NCBI GenBank assembly: GCA_030429235.1
Contig: JAUIDB010000001.1
Coordinates: forward strand, 75,141-139,140
Direction of reading: 5' to 3'
DNA length: 64,000 nucleotides
From: Thermoanaerobaculia bacterium
GTDB lineage: Bacteria > Acidobacteriota > Thermoanaerobaculia > Multivoradales > JAIOJS01
Shown here: piece by piece, positions 50,632-59,432 of the stretch
Numbering within the stretch: the first letter of the stretch is position 1
Layout: every line of letters begins with the position of its first letter
Position numbers and translations under genes: made by a program
The notes under the pieces: generated by a model
Databases searched by the model: none
What the model was told of the DNA's origin: nothing
What the model saw: only the letters and a program-made list of their open reading frames with translations

Positions 50632-50834
50632 GGCGAGCCGTGGCGCTGCTCTTCGTGGGCTACAAGCGCTGGCTCTCTCCGCTGCTGCCGTCGGCATGTC
50701 GCTTCACCCCTACCTGTTCGGAGTACGGGCGACTGGCCGTACTCCGCCACGGCGTCTGGGTCGGCCTGCTCAAGACCCTGGGCCGCTTGTTCCGGTGCCA
50801 GCCTCTTCACCCTGGCGGAGTCGATCTGCCGTGA
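50628..50834 (+). CDS. yidD: Membrane protein insertion efficiency factor YidD
   Basis: 68 aa. YKRWLSPLLPSACRFTPTCSEYGRLAVLRHGVWVGLLKTLGRLFRCQPLHPGGVD. ATGA overlap with the rnpA stop. Confidence 0.9.
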   Translation: MRRAVALLFVGYKRWLSPLLPSACRFTPTCSEYGRLAVLRHGVWVGLLKTLGRLFRCQPLHPGGVDLP

Positions 50835-50906
50835 ACCGAACCACTCCGTCAGGTTGCCCTCGCCTACCAAGGGTGGCCCTTCGATGCCCGAAAGGAAGTT
50901 CCCGAC

Positions 50907-52706
50907 GTGGATGATCGCAGGCTCCTCCTGTTCTTTGCCATCTCGCTGGCCATCTTGGTGGGCTGGCAGATGTTGGTCCCGCCGCCGCCGCCGGTCGAGG
51001 TGCCCGCTCCGACCGAAGCGCCGACCGAAGCGCTGAACGAGGGCCCGGCCGGGCTGCCTGGGGGCTCCTCGCCCTCTGCCGCCGATCCGGGAGCCGAGAC
51101 CCCGCCTCCCTCCCCGAGCGAGGAGCTGGCGCCGATCGCCGCCACCGGTCCTGCCCGGGCTGTCGTCGAGACCGCTGCCTACCGGGCCGAGCTCGACAAC
51201 CGGGGAGCGCAGCTCGTCTCCTTTGTCCTCAAGGAGCACCTCGATAGCGTAGGAGAACCCCTCGACCTGGTCCGGCAGCGCACCCAGGGCCCTTGGCCGC
51301 TCGGTCTCGTGGATGGCGAATTGGCGCCACACCCCCTCGACGAGGCGCTCTTCGAGCTGGAACGAAGCGAAAGCGGTACCACGACCACGTTGGTCTACCG
51401 CTACCACGGACCCCTCGGATCGGCGAGCAAGAGCCTGACCTTCGATGAACGCGGCTTGATTGATGTCGACCTCGAGGTGGCGGGCGGCGGCTGGGGGGTC
51501 GTGCTCGGACCAGGCATTCGAAACCAGGACCCCGACGCGCAGGAGACCCGCTTTGCCAACCGCAAGGCGATCTTCCGGACCGACGGCAGCATCGAGACCG
51601 AGCGGGTCGACAAGCTGGACGAACTCCAGACCTGGCCGGGGGCGGGGCTCTCCTGGGTGGGAATGGAGGACACCCACTTCCTCGCCGCGTTCCTGCTCGA
51701 GGGGGGAGTCGCGGGAGCGACGCTTCAGCCGGTAACCCTGTCGAACCCCACTGAGCGGCCGGATGGGACGGTCGAGGACTCCCCCGGTGATCAACGCATT
51801 CCGCGAGACCTGACACCCTTCCGTACGGAAGACGCTCTCGACAAGGAGGCACGGGGTCTGGCGCGCGACGGCCGGTGGGTCCTCAGCGCCACCGGCGCCA
51901 AGCTCTCGTTTGGCGCCTACTTCGGTCCGAAGGAGTTCGACCTCCTGGCGGACCTGGGCCAGGACCTCGAGAAGACGGTGGAGTGGGGAGGCATCCTGCG
52001 CCTGGTCGTCCGTCCCTTGTTGGCTGGGTTGAACTGGCTGCACGACAACGGCGTACCGAACTACGGATGGGCAATCGTCCTGATGACGATCGGCCTGAAG
52101 ATTCTGCTCTTCCCGTTGACCCACAAGAGCTACGTGTCGATGCAGAAGATGCAGAAGCTGCAGCCGCAGATGAAGGCGATCCGTCAGAAGTACCGCGGCA
52201 AGATGCGCGACAAGAGCGGGCGCATGAACCTCGAAGTTCAGAAGAAGATGAACGAGGAGATGCAGGCCCTGTTCCGTTCTGAGGGCGCCAGCCCGACCGG
52301 CGGCTGCCTGCCGATGCTGCTCCAGATGCCGATCTTCTTCGCGTTCTTCCGTCTGCTGTCGACGGCGGTGGAGTTGCGGCACGAGCCGTGGGTGCTGTGG
52401 GTCCAGGACCTGTCGGCTCCGGATCCCGTCTATGTGCTCCCGGTACTGATGGGGGCCAGCCAGATCCTCCAGCAGAAGCTAACCCCGATGTCGGCGGACC
52501 CAATGCAACGCAAGATCGTCCAGCTCTTCCCCTGGATGTTCACGATCTTCGCGTTGAGTTTTCCCAGCGGCCTGGTCCTCTATTGGACGGTCAACAACAT
52601 CTTCACGATCGCTCAGACCGCGGCCTACAAGAAGTGGCGCGAGCGTAAGGACGCGGAAGAGAAACTGCTAGCCCAAGCCCGCAAGGCAGAAAGGAAACGA
52701 CGATGA
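50907..52706 (+). CDS. yidC: Membrane protein insertase YidC
   Basis: 599 aa, GTG start. It has an N-terminal TM helix, a large periplasmic domain, and the conserved core NYGWAIVLMTIGLKILLFPLTHKSYVSMQKMQKLQPQM...GCLPMLLQMPIFFAFF... Confidence 0.92.
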   Translation: MDDRRLLLFFAISLAILVGWQMLVPPPPPVEVPAPTEAPTEALNEGPAGLPGGSSPSAADPGAETPPPSPSEELAPIAATGPARAVVETAAYRAELDNRGAQLVSFVLKEHLDSVGEPLDLVRQRTQGPWPLGLVDGELAPHPLDEALFELERSESGTTTTLVYRYHGPLGSASKSLTFDERGLIDVDLEVAGGGWGVVLGPGIRNQDPDAQETRFANRKAIFRTDGSIETERVDKLDELQTWPGAGLSWVGMEDTHFLAAFLLEGGVAGATLQPVTLSNPTERPDGTVEDSPGDQRIPRDLTPFRTEDALDKEARGLARDGRWVLSATGAKLSFGAYFGPKEFDLLADLGQDLEKTVEWGGILRLVVRPLLAGLNWLHDNGVPNYGWAIVLMTIGLKILLFPLTHKSYVSMQKMQKLQPQMKAIRQKYRGKMRDKSGRMNLEVQKKMNEEMQALFRSEGASPTGGCLPMLLQMPIFFAFFRLLSTAVELRHEPWVLWVQDLSAPDPVYVLPVLMGASQILQQKLTPMSADPMQRKIVQLFPWMFTIFALSFPSGLVLYWTVNNIFTIAQTAAYKKWRERKDAEEKLLAQARKAERKRR

Positions 52707-53632
52707 CCAAACGGTACTTCTCCGGACCCACCGAGGCACAGGCCATTCTGGAGGCTGCGACCCACTTCGGCCTCGCCCCCGAGGAGGTGGCGTTCGAGCC
52801 GGTTTCGCGAAAGGGTTCGCTGCGCGCTCGGACCAAGAGCATCATCGCCGTGGACGACGAGGCGCCGAAGCGCGTCGCGGCCCCCGAGGCGGCGGCGGCC
52901 GAGGTCGCGCCGTCGACCCCGCTTCCCCGGGAAGAGCCAGGTCCGGCAGATGAGGTCCAGAGCGTGACGGGGGAGGATACGGCCGAGACGCTGGCCGAGC
53001 CGGCCTCGGCCCCGGCGCCCCCCGAGGTCGAACCGGCAGAGGCCCAGCCGGCCCCGGCTCCACCAGTCGAGGTCGAGCCCGCGTCCGTGGGCCCCGAGCC
53101 GGCACCGTCGGCTTCAGCCGCCAAGGAGCCGCCGGCCGAGATCGACCCGGAGGAGGTGCGCGGCCGTATCGTGGCGGCGATGGAGGCGCTCCTCGACCTC
53201 GCCGACCTGGACGTCGATCCCGTGGTCGAGGCGGGGGGCGATCTCCCCACGGTCAACGTGACCGGCCCCGACCGAGAGTGGTTGCTCGATGGCGAGGGTG
53301 ACCTACTGCTCGCGCTCGAGCACCTGGTGGGGCGAATGCTCTATCGTTCCGGCTCGCCGGTCGACCGTGTTCGGGTCGACAGCGACGGCTACCGCGAGGC
53401 GCAGGACGAGGCCCTGAGGAAACGAGCCCGCCAGGCCCTAGAGGAGTCAGCCGACACCGGAAAGCCGGTGGTCTTCGAGCCCTTGCCCCCAGCAGAACGT
53501 CGTGTCGTTCATCTCGCGGTCGAGGCTTCGGGCCTGGGTTGGTCGCGGAGCGAAGGGTCGGGATATCGACGCCGGGTGCGGGTCGAGGCGACCGCGGAGA
53601 CCGCGGGCAGCGCCGAGGTTTCACCGTCCTGA
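52703..53632 (+). CDS. jag: Jag/KhpB-type R3H RNA-binding protein with Pro/Ala/Glu-rich linker
   Basis: 309 aa. It has an N-terminal Jag_N-like segment (YFSGPTEAQAILEAATHFGL), a KH-like middle domain and a C-terminal R3H motif (PLPPAERRVVHLAV). ATGA overlap with the yidC stop. Confidence 0.8.
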   Translation: MTKRYFSGPTEAQAILEAATHFGLAPEEVAFEPVSRKGSLRARTKSIIAVDDEAPKRVAAPEAAAAEVAPSTPLPREEPGPADEVQSVTGEDTAETLAEPASAPAPPEVEPAEAQPAPAPPVEVEPASVGPEPAPSASAAKEPPAEIDPEEVRGRIVAAMEALLDLADLDVDPVVEAGGDLPTVNVTGPDREWLLDGEGDLLLALEHLVGRMLYRSGSPVDRVRVDSDGYREAQDEALRKRARQALEESADTGKPVVFEPLPPAERRVVHLAVEASGLGWSRSEGSGYRRRVRVEATAETAGSAEVSPS

Positions 53633-53655
53633 TGCTACCCGGTGGCCAAGCGGCA

Positions 53656-53671
53656 TGTTTCACGTGAAACA
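53656..53671. promoter_or_regulatory. parS centromere-like site 1
   Basis: TGTTTCACGTGAAACA is a perfect 16-bp palindrome matching the ParB-binding consensus tGTTNCACGTGAAAca. It is embedded in a perfect 28-bp palindrome, GCGGCATGTTTCACGTGAAACATGCCGC (53650-53677). Confidence 0.9.
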
Positions 53672-53715
53672 TGCCGCTCGGGCCCCGGCCGGCCGGCGCC
53701 GGGAGAGGCCCGAGC

Positions 53716-53731
53716 TGTTTCACGTGAAACA
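53716..53731. promoter_or_regulatory. parS centromere-like site 2
   Basis: A second identical TGTTTCACGTGAAACA lies 60 bp after site 1 and 10 nt upstream of the rsmG start. Its palindrome extends to CTGTTTCACGTGAAACAG. Confidence 0.9.
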
Positions 53732-53741
53732 GGGGCTTTAG

Positions 53742-54377
53742 GTGGCGGTCGACCTGCCCGACTACGCGCAAGAGGAGTTCTCTCGGGCCCTGGCCTCCTT
53801 GTCGCCGGAGGATCTGGTTTCGCCGGCTGTCGGGATGCTCTGGGCCCACTACCAAGAGCTGCGCCGGTGGTCGCCGCGCCTGTCGCTGGTCGGGCCGGGG
53901 ACGGCCGGCGAGGTTCTCGAGCGACACTACGGTGAGGCGCTGTGGGGGCTGTCCGTCTGTCCTCGCGTTGCCGCCGTGCATGTCGACCTGGGCTCAGGGG
54001 GTGGTTTTCCGGGGTTCGTACTGGCTGCGGCGCGGCCCGAGTGGGACACGACGCTGGTGGAGCCGCGGAGCCGCAAGTGGACCTTTCTGGAGTCTGCGGC
54101 TCGCCGGGCTGGATTGTCGCTCAGAGTGCTCAATGCTAGAGTCGACACCCGGCTGCCGCCGGGTTTTCCCCCGGCGGTCGACGTGGTGACGGTGCGTGCT
54201 TTGAAGCTGCCCGCCGCCGCCTGGGAGGCGGTAGTCGAGACGCTCGCGGTCGACGGTCGCGTCGTATGGTGGCAGGGGGCGGAGAGTGTCGAGGTGCCAG
54301 CGGGTCTGCGGATTGTCGAGGAGGTTGGGCTCTTCGAGAGTCGGACACGGAAGATCCTGGTGGCCGTACGAGAGTGA
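53742..54377 (+). CDS. rsmG: 16S rRNA (guanine527-N7)-methyltransferase
   Basis: 211 aa, GTG start. HVDLGSGGGFPGFVLAAARP and VTVRALK are typical GidB/RsmG blocks. Confidence 0.85.
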   Translation: MAVDLPDYAQEEFSRALASLSPEDLVSPAVGMLWAHYQELRRWSPRLSLVGPGTAGEVLERHYGEALWGLSVCPRVAAVHVDLGSGGGFPGFVLAAARPEWDTTLVEPRSRKWTFLESAARRAGLSLRVLNARVDTRLPPGFPPAVDVVTVRALKLPAAAWEAVVETLAVDGRVVWWQGAESVEVPAGLRIVEEVGLFESRTRKILVAVRE

Positions 54378-54449
54378 GCCCGGCGGGCTCGGTGGTGGTT
54401 CGAGGGGCGCCACGGCGATACGAGACGTAAGAGAGGAACGGTTACTGAA

Positions 54450-55205
54450 ATGAGCGTGGTGGCGATCGCCAATCAGAAGGGCGGAGTGGGGAAGACCACG
54501 ACCGCGATCAATCTCGGCGCAGCGCTGGCGGCTCTCGAACACCGGGTCCTGTTGGTGGACTGCGACCCCCAGGGAAATGCGACCCGGGGGTTGGGACAGC
54601 AAGCGGGGTCGCCGAATCTATACCACGTCCTGAGCGACGGGGTGGCGGTGGGCGAGGCGATCCGTTCGACCGGGTTCCCCAATCTGGACCTGCTGCCCTG
54701 TGACCGCGACCTGGTCGGGGTGGAGGTCGAGTTTGCCCGGCAAGAGGGGTGGCAGACACGGCTGCAACAGTCGCTGGCGGGGCTCGACCAGGAGTACTCC
54801 ACCATTCTCCTGGATTGCCCGCCATCGCTGGGTCATCTCACGGTGAACGGGTTGGTGGCTGCCGATGCGGTTCTCGTCCCGCTCCAGTGCGAGTACTTCG
54901 CGCTCGAAGGCCTGAGCGAACTGGTGGCGACGATCGACCGCGTTCGTGCGGCTTTGAACCGCAAGCTCGAGATCGGCGGAATCGTGCTCACGATGTTCGA
55001 CGACCGCACCAATCTCTCTCGGGACGTCGAGGAGGAGGTGCGACGACACTTCGGACCCCGGGTCTACCGAACGACCGTGCCCCGCAACATCCGACTCGCC
55101 GAAGCACCGAGCCACGGTTGCCCCGTCCTGGAGTACGACATCAAGTGTCGCGGTGCGGAGGCCTACCTGGGTCTGGCGCGAGAGTATCTGGGAAGGGTGG
55201 CCTGA
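54450..55205 (+). CDS. parA: Chromosome partitioning ATPase ParA/Soj
   Basis: 251 aa. The deviant Walker A motif IANQKGGVGKTTTAINL, ILLDCPPSLG, and RNIRLAEAPSHG are present. Confidence 0.93.
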   Translation: MSVVAIANQKGGVGKTTTAINLGAALAALEHRVLLVDCDPQGNATRGLGQQAGSPNLYHVLSDGVAVGEAIRSTGFPNLDLLPCDRDLVGVEVEFARQEGWQTRLQQSLAGLDQEYSTILLDCPPSLGHLTVNGLVAADAVLVPLQCEYFALEGLSELVATIDRVRAALNRKLEIGGIVLTMFDDRTNLSRDVEEEVRRHFGPRVYRTTVPRNIRLAEAPSHGCPVLEYDIKCRGAEAYLGLAREYLGRVA

Positions 55206-55206
55206 G

Positions 55207-56094
55207 GTGGCGAGAAAACGTGGGCTGGGCCGCGGCCTAGATGCGCTGCTGCAGGCGCCGTCGCCGACGACCCCGGAGGAGGGCTCAACCAGCGGCCCGC
55301 AACGCCTCTCGCTGGATGCCATCTCTCCCAACGACAATCAGCCTCGCCGCGACTTCGACGAAGACGCCCTGGCTGGCCTCAGCGCTTCGATCGCGAGCCA
55401 GGGCCTGGTCCAGCCGATCGTGGTCACACCCCAAGGCGACGATCGGTACCGGATCGTCGCCGGCGAACGCCGCTGGCGCGCCGCCCGCATGGCCGGGCTG
55501 GGCGAGGTTCCGGTGGTGGTGCTCGAGGTCGAAAGCGAGCAGCACCTCCTGGAACTGGCCCTGGTAGAGAACCTGCAACGCGAGGACCTCAACCCGGTCG
55601 AGGAGGCGATGGCCTTTCAGGCTTTGGTCGACGACTTCGGGTTGTCACAGAACGAGCTGGCGCAACGGGTCGGCAAGGCGCGCTCAACCGTGGCTAACTC
55701 GCTGCGACTATTGAACTTACCAGATAGCGTGCTCGGTTTTTTGCGCGAGGGACTGCTGTCGGCGGGGCAAGCCCGTCCCCTATTGGCCCTGTCCGGCGAC
55801 GAGGAGCGAGTGCGACTGGCGCAGCAGGCCGTGGACCATGACTGGACGGCCCGCGAGGTCGAACAACGAGTGTCCCAGATCGGCTCTCAGCGCGGCGAGC
55901 CGTCGACCCCGGCGGCCACCGCGCCGCCCCGCGACGTCCACGATGGTGCAGCCGAGGAGGCGCTGACGCGCCGACTCCAGACCCGGGTGCAGATCCACCG
56001 CCGTCGCGGTGGCCGCGGCCAGCTTCGTCTACACTTTCATTCGGAGGAAGAACTGATGCGTCTCTACGATCTACTGGTACAGGCGGCGACATGA
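55207..56094 (+). CDS. parB: Chromosome partitioning protein ParB/Spo0J
   Basis: GTG 55207 (VARKRGLGRGLDALL) lies 1 nt after the parA stop. The ParB box is QPIVVTPQGDDRYRIVAGERRWRAARMAGL, and the HTH is LSQNELAQRVGKARSTVANSLRLL. Confidence 0.92.
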   Translation: MARKRGLGRGLDALLQAPSPTTPEEGSTSGPQRLSLDAISPNDNQPRRDFDEDALAGLSASIASQGLVQPIVVTPQGDDRYRIVAGERRWRAARMAGLGEVPVVVLEVESEQHLLELALVENLQREDLNPVEEAMAFQALVDDFGLSQNELAQRVGKARSTVANSLRLLNLPDSVLGFLREGLLSAGQARPLLALSGDEERVRLAQQAVDHDWTAREVEQRVSQIGSQRGEPSTPAATAPPRDVHDGAAEEALTRRLQTRVQIHRRRGGRGQLRLHFHSEEELMRLYDLLVQAAT

Positions 56095-56486
56095 GCCGGC
56101 GGCGCAGTCAGCTCGACGGGTTCCTCGACGCGGGCTCGGAGCTCGAGGGTACGTTGCGTTTTCGGGACACCTTTCGGGTCGAGGGGACCTTCCGGGGTGA
56201 GGTCCGTTCCGGCGGGGAGTTGCACGTCGGTGAGCAGGGCGTGGTCGAAGGCGAGTTGGAGGTCGGGAGGCTTTTCGTAGTGGGGCGGGTGCAGGGTTCG
56301 GTCCGCGCCTCCGAGCGGGTCGTGATCGCGCCTGGCGGCAGGCTCGAGGGGGATCTCAAGACCCCGAGTCTGCGGTTGGAGGAGGGAGCGATCTTCGACG
56401 GCTACTGCCAGATGACCCAGGCGTTGGAGGATGCGGCCGAGAAGGAGAAGGCCAAGGTCCACCGCCTGCGCGATGGACGACGCTAG
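56091..56486 (+). CDS. Bactofilin (polymer-forming cytoskeletal protein, DUF583)
   Basis: 131 aa. It shows the repetitive beta-helix pattern GSELEGTLRFRDTFRVEGTFRGEVRSGGELHVGEQGVVEGELEVGRLFVVGRVQGSVRASERVVIAPGGRLEGDL. ATGA overlap with the parB stop. Confidence 0.85.
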   Translation: MSRRRSQLDGFLDAGSELEGTLRFRDTFRVEGTFRGEVRSGGELHVGEQGVVEGELEVGRLFVVGRVQGSVRASERVVIAPGGRLEGDLKTPSLRLEEGAIFDGYCQMTQALEDAAEKEKAKVHRLRDGRR

Positions 56487-56504
56487 GGCGCCGAGGCGAC
56501 GAAT

Positions 56505-58199
56505 TCACGGATCGTCGCGGGGCAGCGACCCCGGTGCTGCTCGCTGGCCTAGCAAGGCCTCGTACGAGGGCAGGAACGAGAGCGGCCGGGAGGCGAGTTC
56601 TTCGGGCTCGAGCACTCCGGTCAGGGGACGACCATCGAGGTCGCGGGCGATCGGTAGGCCCAGCGCGTAGAGGACGGTCGGAACGACGTCGACCAATGTA
56701 GCCTCGGCCACATAGGAAGAAGCGCGAATTCCCTCGCCCCTCAGCAGCATCATGCCGTCGCTTTCGGCCCCCGCGATCCCCTGCCGTCGCCTCTCGGTGC
56801 GCCCCCGGTGCCGCCACCAAGGCGAACCTCGGTAGCCGTGAGTCGATAAGACCACGAGGACCGCCGGCTGGGTCGTGCTCGACCAGAGCTCGGCCAGGAC
56901 CGAATCCAGCCAGCGGTAGTAGGTCGTCAGCCCTCGAGCGGCGGCGCTGAACTCGCCCTCTCCGGTGCCTTCGAAGGGGCTCAAGAGGTAGGCGCCGAAG
57001 GTCTCACGCGACGCCTGGGCCAGGCCGGGGAGATGCAGATACACCGCGCGGGCCGAAGGGGCTTCGCCGGCGCGAATGCGAAAGCGCGACGCGAACTCCT
57101 GGTCTCGGCGCATCGGGTTTTCGGTCAGAGCTCGGATCGAGGGGTCGAGGGCGCTGACCCAGGGGGACACCGCCAGCGAGCCGGAGTCGATGGTGAGCGG
57201 CGCATCCGGTTCCTCGGCAGTGTCCGAAAACAACAAGTCCGAGCGACTCCTCACCGCCAGCGGCCAACCGGTCGTTCCCGAACCTAGGCCGAGGCGCTGA
57301 GTGATCTCCCAGGCGGTCGATGCCTGGCGGTCCTCCGGCTGCACCGCACCCGCGGGGGCTGCACCCACCAACCACGGCATCCGGCCCGCCCCCCCCGGGA
57401 GTAGGAAGAGCTCCGACCCTGAGCCCAGGGCTGGCGCCCGGTAGATCGTCTCGTCCCGAATCCCGTGCTTGAAGGGCCATTTGCCGGTGACCAGGGAGGT
57501 CAAGGCAGCCTGCCTCCGCAACGGGCGTAGGGTCTCGAGCCGTGCGAAGCTACCGACCCGCAGGGTTTCGGCCAGAAACGGGAGTTGGCCCTGCTCACTG
57601 AGAGGCAAGATGACCTCCAGGGAAGCGCCCTCCAGGCTCACGAGCAGCAGGTTCACCGGACGAGGCTCTTCGACCGCGGAGGCGAGGGTGGAGTCCGGTC
57701 GCGGCTGGTACGCTTCCCGACGCTCGACCATCACGTACAGCGACCCCACGGCCATCAGCCAGAGGAAGAGCTGGCTACGGACGCCGTAGCGGCGGTCGGC
57801 CAGAGTATGGAGCAGGGCGGTGTAGAAGGAGGCCAGCGCGGCCAGTCCCAGGACCGCCGCTGCCTTGAGCAGTCGGGTATTGACCCCGGGAGGCAGGAGG
57901 TAGGCGTAGAACGAAGCGTGGAACGCGAGCAACAGCGCCACGAAGGCCAGCACGGCGCTGCTCGCCCAGGGTAGGGCCCGGAGGACGCGACGCGGCTGCC
58001 ACAGGGTCCAGGGGCCGAAGAGCGCCGCGCCGAGCAGGGCCCCAGCCAGGACCGAGACCGCGAGTCCACCACCCACACGGCTCCAGGTCAGAGGCAGGTT
58101 GGGGTTGAGGAAGAACAGCAGACCCGTGAGATGAGCTCCCAGCAGCCCCCCGGGGAGGAGAGAGGTGAGGGCCGCGTAGCGGCTTCGAACCGGGGTCAT
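56505..58199 (-). CDS. Membrane-anchored alkaline-phosphatase-superfamily (phosphodiesterase/pyrophosphatase-like) protein
   Basis: 564 aa. About five N-terminal TM helices are followed by a soluble domain (VNLLLVSLEGASL..., VLVVLSTHGYRG, VDVVPTVLYALGLP) reminiscent of type I phosphodiesterase/sulfatase folds. Tentative. Confidence 0.45.
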   Translation of the reverse strand: MTPVRSRYAALTSLLPGGLLGAHLTGLLFFLNPNLPLTWSRVGGGLAVSVLAGALLGAALFGPWTLWQPRRVLRALPWASSAVLAFVALLLAFHASFYAYLLPPGVNTRLLKAAAVLGLAALASFYTALLHTLADRRYGVRSQLFLWLMAVGSLYVMVERREAYQPRPDSTLASAVEEPRPVNLLLVSLEGASLEVILPLSEQGQLPFLAETLRVGSFARLETLRPLRRQAALTSLVTGKWPFKHGIRDETIYRAPALGSGSELFLLPGGAGRMPWLVGAAPAGAVQPEDRQASTAWEITQRLGLGSGTTGWPLAVRSRSDLLFSDTAEEPDAPLTIDSGSLAVSPWVSALDPSIRALTENPMRRDQEFASRFRIRAGEAPSARAVYLHLPGLAQASRETFGAYLLSPFEGTGEGEFSAAARGLTTYYRWLDSVLAELWSSTTQPAVLVVLSTHGYRGSPWWRHRGRTERRRQGIAGAESDGMMLLRGEGIRASSYVAEATLVDVVPTVLYALGLPIARDLDGRPLTGVLEPEELASRPLSFLPSYEALLGQRAAPGSLPRDDP

Positions 58200-58278
58200 G
58201 CCCCGATCCTCTCACGGAGCTGCCCCCGCCGGAACTGGCCCCGCGGCGCCCGGTGACTCGTGGTATCGTCCCCTGCCG

Positions 58279-58971
58279 ATGCCCGCCGTCACGCTCGATT
58301 CCGTCGCCGTTGCCCTCGATACCGCCGATCGTGGTCAATTCTCGACCTGGTGCTCCCTCTTTGGCCCTCGGGTCGGCTTTCTCAAGGTGGGCCTCGAGGC
58401 CTTCGTGCGCTGGGGGCCCGAGGCCGTGGCCGAAGCCCGTGAGCACGCCCGAGGGCTCTTTCTCGACCTCAAACTCCACGACATCCCGAACACCGTGGCG
58501 GGGGCAGTGCGATCGGCCGAGGACCTCGGCGCGGATCTGCTTACGGTTCACGCCGGCGGGGGGGGCGTCATGCTCGAGGCTGCCGTCGCCGCGAGTTCCA
58601 GGGTGCGGCTTCTCGCAGTGACGGTCCTGACCCACCTGGATGCTGCAGGCTTGCGGCAGCTCGGTTCGACGGAGAACCCTCGGCAACGAGTCGCGGCTTG
58701 GACGGCCTTGGCCGCGACCGCCGGCTGCGCGGGGGTCGTGTGCTCGCCGCGCGAGGCTGCGGATACCCGTCAGCAGCATGCCGAGGGGTTCCTGATCGTC
58801 ACGCCGGGGATTCGGTCCGCCGGGGTAGGGGCGGGAGATCAGAGACGCACCATGACCCCGGCCCAGGCTCGCGATGCCGGCGCGGACCTGCTAGTGATCG
58901 GCCGCCAGTTGACCCGAGCAGACGACCCCCTGGTCGCGCTCGATCGGGTCGCCGCCGAACTCGCTTGCTAG
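58279..58971 (+). CDS. pyrF: Orotidine 5'-phosphate decarboxylase
   Basis: Internal ATG 58279 (MPAVTLDSVAVALDT). FLDLKLHDIPNTV, LLTVHAGGG, VVCSPREA, TPGIR and LVIGRQLT are present. Confidence 0.88.
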   Translation: MPAVTLDSVAVALDTADRGQFSTWCSLFGPRVGFLKVGLEAFVRWGPEAVAEAREHARGLFLDLKLHDIPNTVAGAVRSAEDLGADLLTVHAGGGGVMLEAAVAASSRVRLLAVTVLTHLDAAGLRQLGSTENPRQRVAAWTALAATAGCAGVVCSPREAADTRQQHAEGFLIVTPGIRSAGVGAGDQRRTMTPAQARDAGADLLVIGRQLTRADDPLVALDRVAAELAC

Positions 58972-59005
58972 GCCCCGTCGCGGGCTCTCGGGGGCGACAA
59001 CACCG

Positions 59006-59371
59006 CTAAACCCTGAATCGGGGCTCGTCGATCTCCAGGTTGAAGCTCCAGTTGTAGGTGTAGCCTGGGAACTCGATCGGAACCACGAACTTGCACGACA
59101 TGCGCACGCGTTTGGTCCGTAGGTCGACCTTGACGTTCTCCTTCTTGACCGGCAGGCCCAGCTCCTTGGCTCGATTGACGATTGCCTGTTCGAGCTTGTC
59201 GTTGCCGGCACGAGAGTACTTGGCCTGCTCGGACATGAAGTCCTTGAGTTGAGCCGCCTGCACCCTCACCGGCACCATCTTGTAGGCGATCAGGGCCGAT
59301 ATGGCGAATGCCGCCAGCCAGATCATGCACCCGAGTTTTCCCTCGCCCGCCTGTCGTACTCTCTGAATCAC
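59006..59371 (-). CDS. Small membrane-anchored hypothetical protein
   Basis: GTG 59371 lies 8 nt after a strong AAGGAGGG. The sequence is VIQRVRQAGEGKLGCMIWLAAFAISALIAYKMVPVRVQAAQLKDFMSEQAKY... The rest of track ORF 59006..59770 overlaps lepB and is rejected. Family not recognised. Confidence 0.55.
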   Translation of the reverse strand: MIQRVRQAGEGKLGCMIWLAAFAISALIAYKMVPVRVQAAQLKDFMSEQAKYSRAGNDKLEQAIVNRAKELGLPVKKENVKVDLRTKRVRMSCKFVVPIEFPGYTYNWSFNLEIDEPRFRV

Positions 59372-59432
59372 GTGTCGTCCCTCCTTGAGGTTGCTCGGCA
59401 AGTCTAGCAGGGAACGGCGGATGGCTGGCCGT

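Noticed and set aside
52880-53170. Apparent repetitive DNA inside jag (PAPPEVEPAEAQPAPAPPVEVEPAS...)
   Set aside because: This is an imperfect, in-frame Pro/Ala/Glu low-complexity linker between the Jag N-terminal and KH/R3H domains. It is not a tandem repeat array or a CRISPR.
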